From: an uncultured bacterium
GTDB taxonomy: Bacteria; Actinomycetota; Actinomycetes; S36-B12
Direction of reading: 5' to 3'
Assembly (NCBI GenBank): GCA_903908025.1
Contig: CAIVQM010000525.1
Location: forward strand, 1 to 39,779
DNA length: 39,779 nucleotides
Part shown: one piece after another, positions 20,098-29,482 of the stretch
Numbering within the stretch: the first letter of the stretch is position 1
Layout of the letters: each line of letters opens with the position of its first letter
Notes under the pieces: generated by a model
What the model saw: only the letters and a program-made list of their open reading frames with translations
What the model was told of the DNA's origin: nothing
The model's database searches: none
Made by a program: the position numbers and the translations under genes

Positions 20098-20124
20098 GCC
20101 GATAGGCTGGGGATCTTCCCAGCC
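20098..20124 (+). promoter_or_regulatory. CCGATAGGCTG box overlapping a 7-bp hairpin (ggctggg-N6-cccagcc) upstream of purS
   Basis: TAGGCT at 20103-20108 resembles the boxes upstream of purA and purF. The hairpin at 20105-20124 could instead terminate vapBC-2. Confidence 0.3.
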
Positions 20125-20154
20125 TTCTGCCTGCGACTAGCAACTGGAGTGCCC

Positions 20155-20409
20155 GTGGCCCGCGTCGTCGTCGACGTCATGCTCAAGCCGGAAATCCTCG
20201 ACCCTCAGGGCCGGGCAGTGCAGGGAGCCCTCGGGCGCCTGGGCCTTACGGGCGTCCAGGACGTCCGGCAGGGCAAGCAGTTCATCATCGACATCGAAGG
20301 CACTCTCGAGGGCGATCGCTATGACCTGATGCACAAGCTGGCCGAGGAACTGCTCAGCAACCCGGTTATCGAGAACTACACGATGCGGGTCGTCGAGGAC
20401 GCCTCGTGA
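20155..20409 (+). CDS. purS: Phosphoribosylformylglycinamidine synthase subunit PurS
   Basis: [18 protein letters not shown] is the canonical PurS N-terminus. TGGAG lies 5-6 nt upstream of GTG 20155; the alternative is GTG 20149. Confidence 0.9.
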   Translation: MARVVVDVMLKPEILDPQGRAVQGALGRLGLTGVQDVRQGKQFIIDIEGTLEGDRYDLMHKLAEELLSNPVIENYTMRVVEDAS

Positions 20410-21086
20410 TCCCACGGGTCGGCGTTGTCACCTTCCCCGGCTCGCTCGACGATCGCGATGCGGCGCGCGCCGTGCGGATCGCTGGTGGCGAGGCCGTAGC
20501 CCTGTGGCATGGCGACGATGACCTGATGAAGGTCGACGCTGTCGTCCTGCCGGGCGGATTCTCCTACGGCGACTACCTGCGCTGCGGTGCAATCGCTCGC
20601 TTCGCACCCGTCATGCACTCGATCGTCGATGCGGCCAAGGGCGGCCTGCCGGTTCTCGGCATCTGCAACGGTTTCCAGATCCTGTGCGAGTCGCATCTGC
20701 TGCCGGGTGCGCTAACGCGCAACGACAGCCTGCACTTCATCTGTCGCGATCAGGAACTGCGCATCGAGGACACCTCGTCGATGTGGACCGCCGACTTCGA
20801 GGCGGGCCAGGAGATCCTCATCCCGCTGAAGAACGGCGAGGGCGGCTACGTCGCCGACGAGGCGACGCTCGACATGCTCGAGGGCGAGGGCCGGGTGATC
20901 GCCCGCTACCTCGGACTCAATCCGAATGGCAGCCGGCGCGACATCGCCGGCATCCGCAATGAGCTCGGCAATGTGGTCGGCCTGATGCCGCACCCGGAGC
21001 ACGCTGTTGAGGATCTCACCGGGCCGACGACCGATGGACTGCCGTTCTTCACCTCGGTGCTGAATTCGCTGGTGGGGGCATCATGA
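20406..21086 (+). CDS. purQ: Phosphoribosylformylglycinamidine synthase glutaminase subunit PurQ
   Basis: [16 protein letters not shown] (catalytic Cys) and MPHPE motifs. GTGA overlap with purS. Confidence 0.95.
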   Translation: MIPRVGVVTFPGSLDDRDAARAVRIAGGEAVALWHGDDDLMKVDAVVLPGGFSYGDYLRCGAIARFAPVMHSIVDAAKGGLPVLGICNGFQILCESHLLPGALTRNDSLHFICRDQELRIEDTSSMWTADFEAGQEILIPLKNGEGGYVADEATLDMLEGEGRVIARYLGLNPNGSRRDIAGIRNELGNVVGLMPHPEHAVEDLTGPTTDGLPFFTSVLNSLVGAS

Positions 21087-23365
21087 TCGACACCGTCACG
21101 CACGCCGTCGAGGATCCCGATCGCACCCAGCCGTTTGCCGAGCTGGGGCTCAAGCCCGATGAGTACCAAGAGATCCGCGACATCCTTGGCCGTCGCCCAA
21201 CGAGCTCCGAGCTCGCGATGTACTCCGTCATGTGGAGTGAGCACTGCTCGTACAAGTCGAGCAAGGTGCACCTGAAGCAGTTCGGCGAGAAGGCTCCGAA
21301 GACCGACATCCTGATGGTCGGAATTGGCGAGAACGCCGGCGTCGTCGACATCGGCGACGGCTGGGCCGTGACGTTCAAGGTCGAGAGCCACAACCACCCC
21401 TCATATGTCGAGCCCTACCAGGGTGCAGCGACGGGCGTCGGCGGCATCGTCCGCGACATCCTGTCGATGGGTGCCCGTCCGCTCGCAGTGATGGACCCGC
21501 TGCGTTTCGGCCCACTCGACGCACCCGACACCCGCCGCGTGATGCCCGGGATCGTCGCCGGCGTCGGTGGCTATGGCAACTGCCTGGGCCTGCCGAATAT
21601 CGGCGGCGAGGTCGTCTTCGACCCGTCGTACCTCGGCAACCCACTCGTCAATGCCCTGTGCATCGGCGCGATGCGCCATGAGGACATCCATCTGGCGAGC
21701 GCGAAGGGCGTCGGCAATCTCGTCGTGCTCTACGGGGCCCGCACCGGTGGCGACGGCATCGGCGGCGTCTCCGTCCTCGCATCGGAGACGTTCAGCGAGG
21801 GCGGCCCCACCAAGCGTCCCAGCGTGCAGGTTGGCGACCCGTTCATGGAGAAGTTGCTCATCGAGGCAACGCTCGAGGTGCTTCACGCGGGTCTCGTCGA
21901 GGGCATTCAGGATCTTGGTGGCGCCGGCATCTCCTGCGCTACGAGCGAGCTGGCCTCCAACGGCGAGGGCGGCATGCACGTCTGGCTCGACCGCGTGCTG
22001 CTTCGCGACCCCACGCTCTCTCCTGAGGAGATCCTCATGAGCGAGTCGCAGGAGCGCATGTGCGCGATCGTCACGCCGGCGAACCTCGATGCCTTCCTTG
22101 CGCTGTGTGGCAAGTGGGAGGTCGAGGCCGTCGTCATCGGTGAGGTCACCGCCTCAGGACGGCTCACGGTCGAGTGGCACGGTGAGCAGATCGTCGACGT
22201 GCCGCCGCGATCGGTTGCGCACGACGGACCGGTTTACGAACGTCCCTTCCATCGACCCGAGTGGCAGGACGCACTGCAGGCCGATGGCCCTGAGAACCTT
22301 CCGCGGCCGTCAACACCCGACGAACTGCGCGCGATGCTGCTGACGATGGTGGCAGCGCCGAACCTCGCATCGAAGTCGTGGGTCACCTCGCAGTACGACC
22401 GCTACGTGCTCGGCAACACCGTGCTCGCGCAGCCCGAGGATGCCGGCATGATCCGCATCGACGAGGAGACCGGCCGCGGTGTCGCACTCTCCACCGACTG
22501 CAATGGCCGGTTCGCCAAGCTCGATCCGTACAACGGCGCGAAGCTCGCGCTGGCGGAGAGCTACCGCAACGTTGCCGCATCCGGTGCCGTTCCGCTGGCC
22601 GTCACCAACTGCCTGAACTTCGGCTCGCCGGAGGATCCCGAGGTCATGTGGCAGTTCGCGCAGGCGACGACTGGGCTGGCCGATGGCTGCCTCGAACTCG
22701 GCATTCCGGTCACGGGTGGCAACGTGTCGTTCTACAACCAGACCGGCGCCACTCCGATCCTGCCTACGCCGGTTGTCGGAGTGCTTGGTGTCATTGACGA
22801 TGTTGCGCGGCGCACGCCGATCGCGTGGCGCGAGGACGGCGAACTCATCTACCTGCTCGGCGATACGCATGACGAGTTCGGCGGCAGCGAGTGGGCCCAT
22901 CACGTGCACGGACACCTTGGCGGAATGCCGCCCGCCGTCGATCTCGGGCGTGAACGGCTGCTCGGCGAGATCCTCGTGGCCGGATCGCGCGACGGCATGC
23001 TGTCTGCCGCGCATGATGTGTCCGACGGCGGCGTCGCGCAGACCCTGGTCGAGATGGCGCTGCACTCGGGCATCGGTGCGCGTTGCTGGCTGCCCGATGG
23101 CATCGACCCGTTCACGCTTCTGTTCAGCGAGTCGACAGGCCGCGCGGTCGTGGTCGTTGCGCGCACGGAGGAGCTCCGCTTCACGGAGATGTGCGCGGCC
23201 CGTGGACTGCCCGCGTACCGCATCGGCGTGGTCGACTCGGGGCTCGGCCCGGATGCCGGATTCCCGGCCGGCACCCAGGTGCTGCAGGTGTCGGAGCTGT
23301 TCACCGTCACCGTCGACGAACTGCGCATGGCGCACGAGGGCACCCTGCCGGACGCCCTGCGCTGA
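21083..23365 (+). CDS. purL: Phosphoribosylformylglycinamidine synthase subunit PurL
   Basis: 760 aa. [17 protein letters not shown] and full-length PurL similarity. ATGA overlap with purQ. Confidence 0.95.
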   Translation: MIDTVTHAVEDPDRTQPFAELGLKPDEYQEIRDILGRRPTSSELAMYSVMWSEHCSYKSSKVHLKQFGEKAPKTDILMVGIGENAGVVDIGDGWAVTFKVESHNHPSYVEPYQGAATGVGGIVRDILSMGARPLAVMDPLRFGPLDAPDTRRVMPGIVAGVGGYGNCLGLPNIGGEVVFDPSYLGNPLVNALCIGAMRHEDIHLASAKGVGNLVVLYGARTGGDGIGGVSVLASETFSEGGPTKRPSVQVGDPFMEKLLIEATLEVLHAGLVEGIQDLGGAGISCATSELASNGEGGMHVWLDRVLLRDPTLSPEEILMSESQERMCAIVTPANLDAFLALCGKWEVEAVVIGEVTASGRLTVEWHGEQIVDVPPRSVAHDGPVYERPFHRPEWQDALQADGPENLPRPSTPDELRAMLLTMVAAPNLASKSWVTSQYDRYVLGNTVLAQPEDAGMIRIDEETGRGVALSTDCNGRFAKLDPYNGAKLALAESYRNVAASGAVPLAVTNCLNFGSPEDPEVMWQFAQATTGLADGCLELGIPVTGGNVSFYNQTGATPILPTPVVGVLGVIDDVARRTPIAWREDGELIYLLGDTHDEFGGSEWAHHVHGHLGGMPPAVDLGRERLLGEILVAGSRDGMLSAAHDVSDGGVAQTLVEMALHSGIGARCWLPDGIDPFTLLFSESTGRAVVVVARTEELRFTEMCAARGLPAYRIGVVDSGLGPDAGFPAGTQVLQVSELFTVTVDELRMAHEGTLPDALR

Positions 23366-23667
23366 TGGCCCCCGACACCGCCGACCTCCGGGCGGAGGTG
23401 AAGGCCTCCCTGGCCCTGCTCCAGGAACGGGCACCTGGGCGGTCGGTCGAGATCCGGATCCCCCCGTATGCGGCGGTCCAGGCCATTCCCGGCCTTACCC
23501 ATCGACGCGGGACGCCGTCGGCCGTGGTCGAGACCGATGCGGAGACCTGGCTGGCCCTCGCGAGCGGGGCACTCACCTGGGGCCAGGCCGTCGCGTCGGG
23601 CCGGCTGCATGCGAGCGGCGAGCGTTCCGATTTGAGTCCCTGGCTACCGCTGACCCCGGCTCCGTGA
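23365..23667 (+). CDS. Sterol-carrier (SCP2-like) family protein
   Basis: 100 aa. The pattern IRIPPYAAVQAIPGLTHRRGTP..VVETDAETWLALASGALTWGQAVASGRLHASGERSDL matches this small actinobacterial family as I remember it. TGATG overlap with purL. Confidence 0.6.
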   Translation: MAPDTADLRAEVKASLALLQERAPGRSVEIRIPPYAAVQAIPGLTHRRGTPSAVVETDAETWLALASGALTWGQAVASGRLHASGERSDLSPWLPLTPAP

Positions 23668-23671
23668 CGAC

Positions 23672-23710
23672 GGAAATCGTTGTATTTCACACAAATAGGT
23701 AACGATTTCC
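23672..23710. promoter_or_regulatory. Perfect 10-bp inverted repeat GGAAATCGTT-N19-AACGATTTCC with an AT-rich spacer
   Basis: Read directly. It starts 5 nt after the SCP-like stop and lies about 105 nt upstream of the ABC ATPase start. The 19-nt spacer is only 6/19 G+C. Confidence 0.5.
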
Positions 23711-23816
23711 CCCGTCCATAGGGGAGACCGTGTGGGCAAACCGCGGGGAACGGATATTGTTCCGCGATCGCCTCCCCTCGGCGGTGCGCATCCTGAACCA
23801 GGGAGTCACGTACGCC

Positions 23817-24848
23817 ATGCCTGAGCCGTCCGTCGCCATTCGCCTCCGTGGCCTGACCCGCCGATTCGGTGACGTGGTCGCGGTCAACGGGGTAGATCTC
23901 GATGTGCTCGACGGGGAGTTCCTCACACTGCTGGGCCCGTCCGGCTCCGGCAAGACCACCGTCCTTCGGATGATTGCCGGTTTCGAGCGACCCGACGACG
24001 GGACCATCGAACTTGCCGGTGTCGATGTCACCCGGGTCCCGCCCTATGCGCGCGACGTCAACACGGTCTTCCAGGACTACGCCCTGTTCCCGCACATGAC
24101 CGTGCAGAAGAACATCGAATACGGCCTGAAGGTCAAGAAGGTGCCATCGGCCGAACGCAAGGCACGCGCCTTGGCTGCGCTGGAGTCGGTGCGCCTGGGT
24201 GCTTACGGGGACCGATCACCATCGCAGTTGTCCGGCGGCCAGCGTCAGCGGGTGGCCCTAGCCCGAGCACTCGTGAACCGTCCGAAGGTTCTTCTGCTCG
24301 ACGAGCCACTGGGCGCCCTCGACCTCAAGCTGCGCGAGCAGATGCAGGTGGAGCTCAAGGAGATCCAGCGCGAGGTCGGGATCACCTTCGTGTTCGTCAC
24401 GCATGATCAGGACGAGGCGCTGACGATGTCCGACCGCATCGCGGTCTTCAACGAAGGGGGTATCGCCCAGTTGGGCACCCCAACCGATGTGTACGAGCAT
24501 CCGGCCACTGCGTTCGTGGCCGGATTCGTGGGAACGTCGAACCTGCTCGAGGGCGTGGCGGCTGAGGCGGTGCTCGGCCGGCCCGGCACGTGGTCGGTTC
24601 GGCCGGAGAAGATCCGGGTCGTCGGCGTCGACGCGGTGCCGAATGACGGTGAGCACGCTGTTCGGGGCACCGTTCGCGAGGTCGTCTATGTCGGGATGTC
24701 CACTCGCTTCGTCGTGGATCTCGCTGTGGGCGGGTCGCTGATGGCCGTGCAGCAGAACTCGGAGATGTCCACAGATCTCGGACACCTGCGCGGTCAGCAG
24801 GTCCAGCTGGTCTGGGATGCGCGTCACGAGTACAAGGTCGCCGACTAG
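23817..24848 (+). CDS. ABC transporter ATP-binding protein (PotA-like, with C-terminal TOBE-type extension)
   Basis: Walker A GPSGSGKTT, signature LSGGQRQR and Walker B LLLDEP. ATG 23817 is preceded by GGGAG. Confidence 0.9.
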   Translation: MPEPSVAIRLRGLTRRFGDVVAVNGVDLDVLDGEFLTLLGPSGSGKTTVLRMIAGFERPDDGTIELAGVDVTRVPPYARDVNTVFQDYALFPHMTVQKNIEYGLKVKKVPSAERKARALAALESVRLGAYGDRSPSQLSGGQRQRVALARALVNRPKVLLLDEPLGALDLKLREQMQVELKEIQREVGITFVFVTHDQDEALTMSDRIAVFNEGGIAQLGTPTDVYEHPATAFVAGFVGTSNLLEGVAAEAVLGRPGTWSVRPEKIRVVGVDAVPNDGEHAVRGTVREVVYVGMSTRFVVDLAVGGSLMAVQQNSEMSTDLGHLRGQQVQLVWDARHEYKVAD

Positions 24849-24902
24849 GACTTCACCATCAGCCGTGGGCGTCCGCCTACGGCTTCGCAATAGAACAGGA
24901 GG

Positions 24903-26180
24903 GTGCAGGTGCACACCAAGCGTCTGCTCACAATTGCCGCGACGGGTACCGCCGCAGCACTGATGCTCGCCGCGTGCAGTGGCGGGTCAAGCAGCACCGA
25001 GTCGAGTGCCGCAGCTGCGGGCTCGACGGCTCCGTCCGGCGCGGCTTCGGCTGCGCCGTCCGAGGCACCGGCGTCCGAAGCACCCGCCGCACCCGGTGGT
25101 CAGGCATACGCCGGCCCCGTGGGCGAAGGTGAGGGCCAGGTCAACGTCCTCGCGTGGCCCGGCTACGTCGAGAACGGGTCGACCGACCCGGCCGTCGACT
25201 GGGTGTCCGGCTTCGAGAAGGAGACCGGCTGCAAGGTCAACCTGAAAACCTTCGGCACGTCCGATGAGGCTGTGAAGCTCATGCAGGGCGGTGGCTGGGA
25301 TGTCGTGTCGGCGTCTGGTGATGCCACGCTGCGCCTGATCTACGGCGACACCGTGCAGCCCGTCAACACCGACCTGGTGCCGAGCTACGCTGCGATCTTC
25401 GATGACCTGAAGATGCAGAAGTTCAACAGTGTCAACGGTGTCGCCTACGGCATCCCGCATGGCCGCGGCGCCAACCTGATCATGTGGAACACCGACAAGG
25501 TCAAGGAGCCGATTGACTCTTGGGCGGCCACTTTCGAGGCCGACTCCCCGTATGCCGGTGCAGTCACGGCGTACGACTCACCCATCTTCATCGCCGATGC
25601 GGCGGTGTACCTGATGGCGACGCAGCCGGAACTCGGGATCACCGATCCCTATGCGCTTGACCAGACGCAGTTTGCCGCCGCAATCGCACTGCTCGAGCAG
25701 CAGGAGCCGCTCGTCAGTGAGTACTGGAGCGACTACACGAAGGCGATTCAGGCCTTCAACTCCGGCACGACGGCCATCGGCACGTCATGGCAGGTCATCG
25801 CGAACCTCGCGGCAGCAGAGGGTGGCAAGGTGAAGTCCACCAAGGCCAAGGAGGGCGCAACTGGCTGGTCCGACACGTGGATGATCGCCAAGGACGCGCA
25901 GAACATCAACTGTGCGTACAAGTGGGTTGATCACATCGCCTCCCCCGAGACGAACGCCCAGGTCGCAGAGTGGTTCGGTGAGGCCCCGGCAAACGCCGAG
26001 TCCTGCGAGCTCACGTCGGACAAGGCCTTCTGTGAGACCTTCCACGCGGGCGACACCGAGTACTGGAAGGACGTGTACTACTGGAACACGCCCACCGCCA
26101 CCTGCCTCGACGGCCGCACCGACACCCAGTGTGTGCCCTACAGCGAGTGGGCCACGGCATGGAGCGCGCTCCGCTCCTAG
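24903..26180 (+). CDS. ABC transporter substrate-binding lipoprotein (PotD/PotF-like)
   Basis: Lipobox LAAC followed by a Ser/Ala/Pro-rich linker, and a family-1 solute-binding fold by sequence feel. GTG start. Confidence 0.85.
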   Translation: MQVHTKRLLTIAATGTAAALMLAACSGGSSSTESSAAAAGSTAPSGAASAAPSEAPASEAPAAPGGQAYAGPVGEGEGQVNVLAWPGYVENGSTDPAVDWVSGFEKETGCKVNLKTFGTSDEAVKLMQGGGWDVVSASGDATLRLIYGDTVQPVNTDLVPSYAAIFDDLKMQKFNSVNGVAYGIPHGRGANLIMWNTDKVKEPIDSWAATFEADSPYAGAVTAYDSPIFIADAAVYLMATQPELGITDPYALDQTQFAAAIALLEQQEPLVSEYWSDYTKAIQAFNSGTTAIGTSWQVIANLAAAEGGKVKSTKAKEGATGWSDTWMIAKDAQNINCAYKWVDHIASPETNAQVAEWFGEAPANAESCELTSDKAFCETFHAGDTEYWKDVYYWNTPTATCLDGRTDTQCVPYSEWATAWSALRS

Positions 26181-26210
26181 CGGCGCAGTTCCATACGGAG
26201 GATTGATCCA

Positions 26211-27080
26211 GTGACGACCACGACCGCCACGCCTCGGGGCTTCGGCTACCGGCATCCGCGCCTGCGGCTTGCCGGCCTGCTGAGTGCCCCGATGGCGTGG
26301 CTGGTCGTGGTCTACCTGGGTTCACTCGCCGCGCTCTTCCTCACGGCCTTCTGGACGGTCGACGACTTCACGGGTCAACTCGTGAAGACGTTCACGATGA
26401 AGAACTTCCAGCAGGTATTCACCAACCCCGCCTACCTCGGGTCGATGCTGCGCACGGTCAGCATTGCCCTGTTGGTGACGTTGTTCTGCCTCGTGCTCGC
26501 CCTGCCCCTCGCCTTCTTCATGGCACGCGTGGCGCGGACGAGTTGGCGGCCGCTCCTGATAGCGATGGTGCTGACGCCGCTATGGGCTTCCTATCTCGTC
26601 AAGGTGTACGCGTGGCGCGCGATGCTGCAGCCGGAGACCGGGGTACTCGCCTGGTTCCTGGACCCTCTCGGACTCTCGAGCCCGGGCTACGGATACCTCG
26701 GCATCGTCATCACTCTGACCTATCTATGGCTGCCGTACATGATCCTGCCGATCTACGCGGGCCTCACCCGGCTGCCCGACTCGATGCTCGATGCATCCTC
26801 CGACCTCGGCGCCAAGGGTGGCCGCACGTTCCGCAGTGTCGTGATGCCGATCATCTTCCCGTCGATCGTCGCTGGATCGATCTTCACCTTTTCGCTCAGC
26901 CTCGGTGACTACATCACCGCGCAGATTGTCGGCGGCAAGGTCACCATGCTCGGCAACATTGTCCAGACGACGTACGTCACCAACCTCCCGTTCGCCGCAG
27001 CGGTCGCGACCATTCCGGTTGTCATCGTGTTGCTCTACCTGCTGGCCGTCCGTCGCTCGGGCGCGCTGGACAACCTGTAG
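26211..27080 (+). CDS. ABC transporter permease (PotB-like)
   Basis: Six TM segments and an EAA-type loop (DASSDLGAKGGRTFRSVVMPI). Confidence 0.85.
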   Translation: MTTTTATPRGFGYRHPRLRLAGLLSAPMAWLVVVYLGSLAALFLTAFWTVDDFTGQLVKTFTMKNFQQVFTNPAYLGSMLRTVSIALLVTLFCLVLALPLAFFMARVARTSWRPLLIAMVLTPLWASYLVKVYAWRAMLQPETGVLAWFLDPLGLSSPGYGYLGIVITLTYLWLPYMILPIYAGLTRLPDSMLDASSDLGAKGGRTFRSVVMPIIFPSIVAGSIFTFSLSLGDYITAQIVGGKVTMLGNIVQTTYVTNLPFAAAVATIPVVIVLLYLLAVRRSGALDNL

Positions 27081-27086
27081 GCGGCC

Positions 27087-27893
27087 ATGTCGATCTCCCG
27101 CGGGACCAGAGTCGTCCTCACCATCTTCGCGATCATCGCGTTCGGCTTCATCTACGTGCCGCTCGGCGTGATCCTCATCAACTCGTTCAGCACCGACAAG
27201 AGCCTCACATGGCCGCCGAGCGGATTCACGACCGAGTGGTGGGGCAAGGCGGCCGAGAGCGAGAGCGTTCGCGAAGCCCTGCTGACATCGATCGGGATCG
27301 CGATTGCGGCGACCCTCGTGGCCCTCGTCCTCGGGACTCTTCTTGCCTTCGCGCTGGGCCGCTATCGATTTTTCGGGCGTGAGTCCATCTCGTTGTTGGT
27401 TGTCCTTCCGATTGCCCTGCCGGGCATCGTCACCGGCATCGCCCTGAACAACGTCTTCACGTCCTTCCTCGGCGGGCTGACGATCTACACCCTGATCATC
27501 GGGCATGGCACCTTCTGCATCGTGGTCGTCTACAACAACGTCATCGCCCGCATCAGGAGGATGGGCGGCAGTGTCGAGGAGGCGTCAGCGGACCTCGGCG
27601 CCAATGGCTGGCGCACGTTCGTCTACGTCACGTTCCCGCTGATGCGGTCGGCCCTGATCGCGGGCGCGATCCTGGCCTTCGGGCTGTCGTTCGACGAGAT
27701 CATCGTCACGACGTTCACGGCCGGCCCGGGTATCACGACGCTGCCGATCTGGATCTACCAGAACCTCTTCCGGCCGAACCAGGCGCCGATCGTCAATGTC
27801 GTGGCCGCGGCCCTCGTGCTGGTGAGCATCCTGCCGATCTACATCGCGCAGAGGTTCTCCAACGCCGACGAGCGCGGCGGCGGCCTGATCTGA
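27087..27893 (+). CDS. ABC transporter permease (PotC-like)
   Basis: Six TM segments and an EAA-type loop (EEASADLGANGWRTFVYVTFPL). Confidence 0.85.
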   Translation: MSISRGTRVVLTIFAIIAFGFIYVPLGVILINSFSTDKSLTWPPSGFTTEWWGKAAESESVREALLTSIGIAIAATLVALVLGTLLAFALGRYRFFGRESISLLVVLPIALPGIVTGIALNNVFTSFLGGLTIYTLIIGHGTFCIVVVYNNVIARIRRMGGSVEEASADLGANGWRTFVYVTFPLMRSALIAGAILAFGLSFDEIIVTTFTAGPGITTLPIWIYQNLFRPNQAPIVNVVAAALVLVSILPIYIAQRFSNADERGGGLI

Positions 27894-27904
27894 TCGGGTC
27901 TTCG

Positions 27905-27916
27905 GACCGGTAGGCT
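27905..27916 (+). promoter_or_regulatory. GACCGGTAGGCT box (with -10-like TAGGCT 27911-27916) abutting the purF start
   Basis: Identical 12-mer to 7725-7736. The second in-frame GTG (27923) starts 7 nt after the hexamer, which suggests a leaderless purF. Confidence 0.35.
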
Positions 27917-29482
27917 GTGCCCGTGCCCCGCGGTGATGGACTCCTGTCCCACGATCTGCTTCCCGGCGAGAAGGGGCCGCAGGACGCCTGCGGTGTCTTC
28001 GGGGTCTGGGCACCTGGCGATGAGGTCGCCAAACTTGCCTATTTCGGGCTCTACGCCCTGCAGCACCGTGGTCAGGAGTCGGCCGGCATCGCGGTCAGCG
28101 ACGGTTCCCGCATCGTGGTCTACAAGGACATGGGTCTCGTGTCGCAGGTCTTCACCGAGGCGAGCCTGGAGTCCCTGCACGGGCACGTGGCGATCGGCCA
28201 CACCCGATACTCCACAACGGGCTCCAGCGTGTGGGAGAACGCCCAGCCGACCTTCCGCGCCACCGCGACGGGCCATCTCGCACTTGGACACAACGGCAAC
28301 CTGACCAACACCCACGAGTTGCGGTCCCGCCTGGCCGAGCTGGCAAGCCAGTCCGGTGAGCTGCCGCTCGATACCCGCATGCAGGCCACCAGTGACACCG
28401 ACACCCTCGCCGCGCTGATCGCCTCGCATGCCGATCTCACGATCGAGGCGGCCGCCCTGGTGGAGCTGCCGTATGTGCGGGGCGCCTTCTCCCTGGTGTT
28501 CATGGACGACGACGCGCTCTATGGTGCGCGAGATCCCCAAGGCATCCGACCGCTCGTGCTCGGCCGCCTCGAGCGAGGCTGGGTGATCGCCAGCGAGACC
28601 GCTGCTCTCGACATCGTCGGCGCGTCCTTCGTCCGCGAGGTCGAGCCGGGTGAACTGATCGTCATCGACGAGAACGGCCTGCGCTCGAGCCGCTTCGCCG
28701 AGGCGGATCCCAAGGGGTGCCTGTTCGAGTTCGTCTACTTGGCACGCCCCGACACCAGCATCTCCGGACGGGGGGTGCAGGCGGTGCGTGTCGAGACGGG
28801 CCGCCGGCTCGCCCGCGAACATGCCGTCGACGCCGACCTCGTGATCCCCGTGCCGGAGTCGGGTCGCTACGCCGCCATCGGCTACGCGCAGGAGTCTGGC
28901 ATCCCGTTCGCCGAGGGTCTGGTCAAGAACGCCTACGTCGGACGCACGTTCATTCAGCCTTCGCAGTCGATCCGGCAGCTCGGTATCCGGCTCAAGTTGA
29001 ACCCGCTCCGTGATGTCATTGCGGGCCAGCGACTTGTCGTCGTCGATGACTCGATCGTGCGCGGCAACACGCAGCGGGCGCTGGTGCGCATGCTGCGCGA
29101 GGCGGGTGCACGCGAGGTGCACGTGCGGATCTCCAGCCCGCCGGTGAAGTGGCCGTGCTTCTATGGCATCGACTTCGCCAGCCGCGCCGAACTCATCGCG
29201 AACGGCCTGACCGTCGACGAGATCTGCACCTCGATCGGTGCTGACTCACTTGCCTTTGTCGATCTCGATCAGCTGATCGAGGCGACAACGGTCGCGAAGG
29301 ACAAGCTCTGCCGGGCCTGCTTCGACGGTACCTACCCCATCGGCCTGCCGGAGCCGGAGATGCTGGGCAAGCACGTGCTCGAGGGCATCGAACGTCGCGT
29401 CATCGATGGCATGCCAGCTGACACCGAGGGCGTAACCACACTGATTGGCGGCGGTGCCTCCGACTCCCTTGGCCGACCATGA
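27917..29482 (+). CDS. purF: Amidophosphoribosyltransferase
   Basis: Propeptide followed by catalytic CGVFGV, the PRPP loop VVVDDSIVRGNT and Fe-S Cys residues. The start is GTG 27917 or GTG 27923. Confidence 0.95.
   Translation: MPVPRGDGLLSHDLLPGEKGPQDACGVFGVWAPGDEVAKLAYFGLYALQHRGQESAGIAVSDGSRIVVYKDMGLVSQVFTEASLESLHGHVAIGHTRYSTTGSSVWENAQPTFRATATGHLALGHNGNLTNTHELRSRLAELASQSGELPLDTRMQATSDTDTLAALIASHADLTIEAAALVELPYVRGAFSLVFMDDDALYGARDPQGIRPLVLGRLERGWVIASETAALDIVGASFVREVEPGELIVIDENGLRSSRFAEADPKGCLFEFVYLARPDTSISGRGVQAVRVETGRRLAREHAVDADLVIPVPESGRYAAIGYAQESGIPFAEGLVKNAYVGRTFIQPSQSIRQLGIRLKLNPLRDVIAGQRLVVVDDSIVRGNTQRALVRMLREAGAREVHVRISSPPVKWPCFYGIDFASRAELIANGLTVDEICTSIGADSLAFVDLDQLIEATTVAKDKLCRACFDGTYPIGLPEPEMLGKHVLEGIERRVIDGMPADTEGVTTLIGGGASDSLGRP

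Noticed and set aside
20071-20148. ZTP/pfl, purine or PRPP riboswitch upstream of pur genes; the same was considered for the 7727-7744, 14799-14831 and 27894-27916 gaps
   Set aside because: The spacers are far too short (18-78 nt), and I see none of the conserved cores I remember for these classes. Only a cmscan could fully exclude one.
9676-20148. The idea that the two vapBC pairs delimit a mobile island containing purDBC-galE
   Set aside because: I saw no integrase, transposase, tRNA or flanking direct repeats. The enclosed genes are core metabolism with the same composition as the rest of the window.
27839-29122. 427-aa minus-strand ORF opposite purF, and similar cases at 7811..9016 (purA), 10692..11861 (aminotransferase), 22310..23434 (purL), 30948..32045 (plus strand opposite the dehydrogenase), 5067..6023 (fba), 2499..3095, 6749..7681 and 26724..27506
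   Set aside because: All of them overlap strongly supported genes on the other strand and show low-complexity Arg/Gly/Pro/His-rich translations without family motifs.
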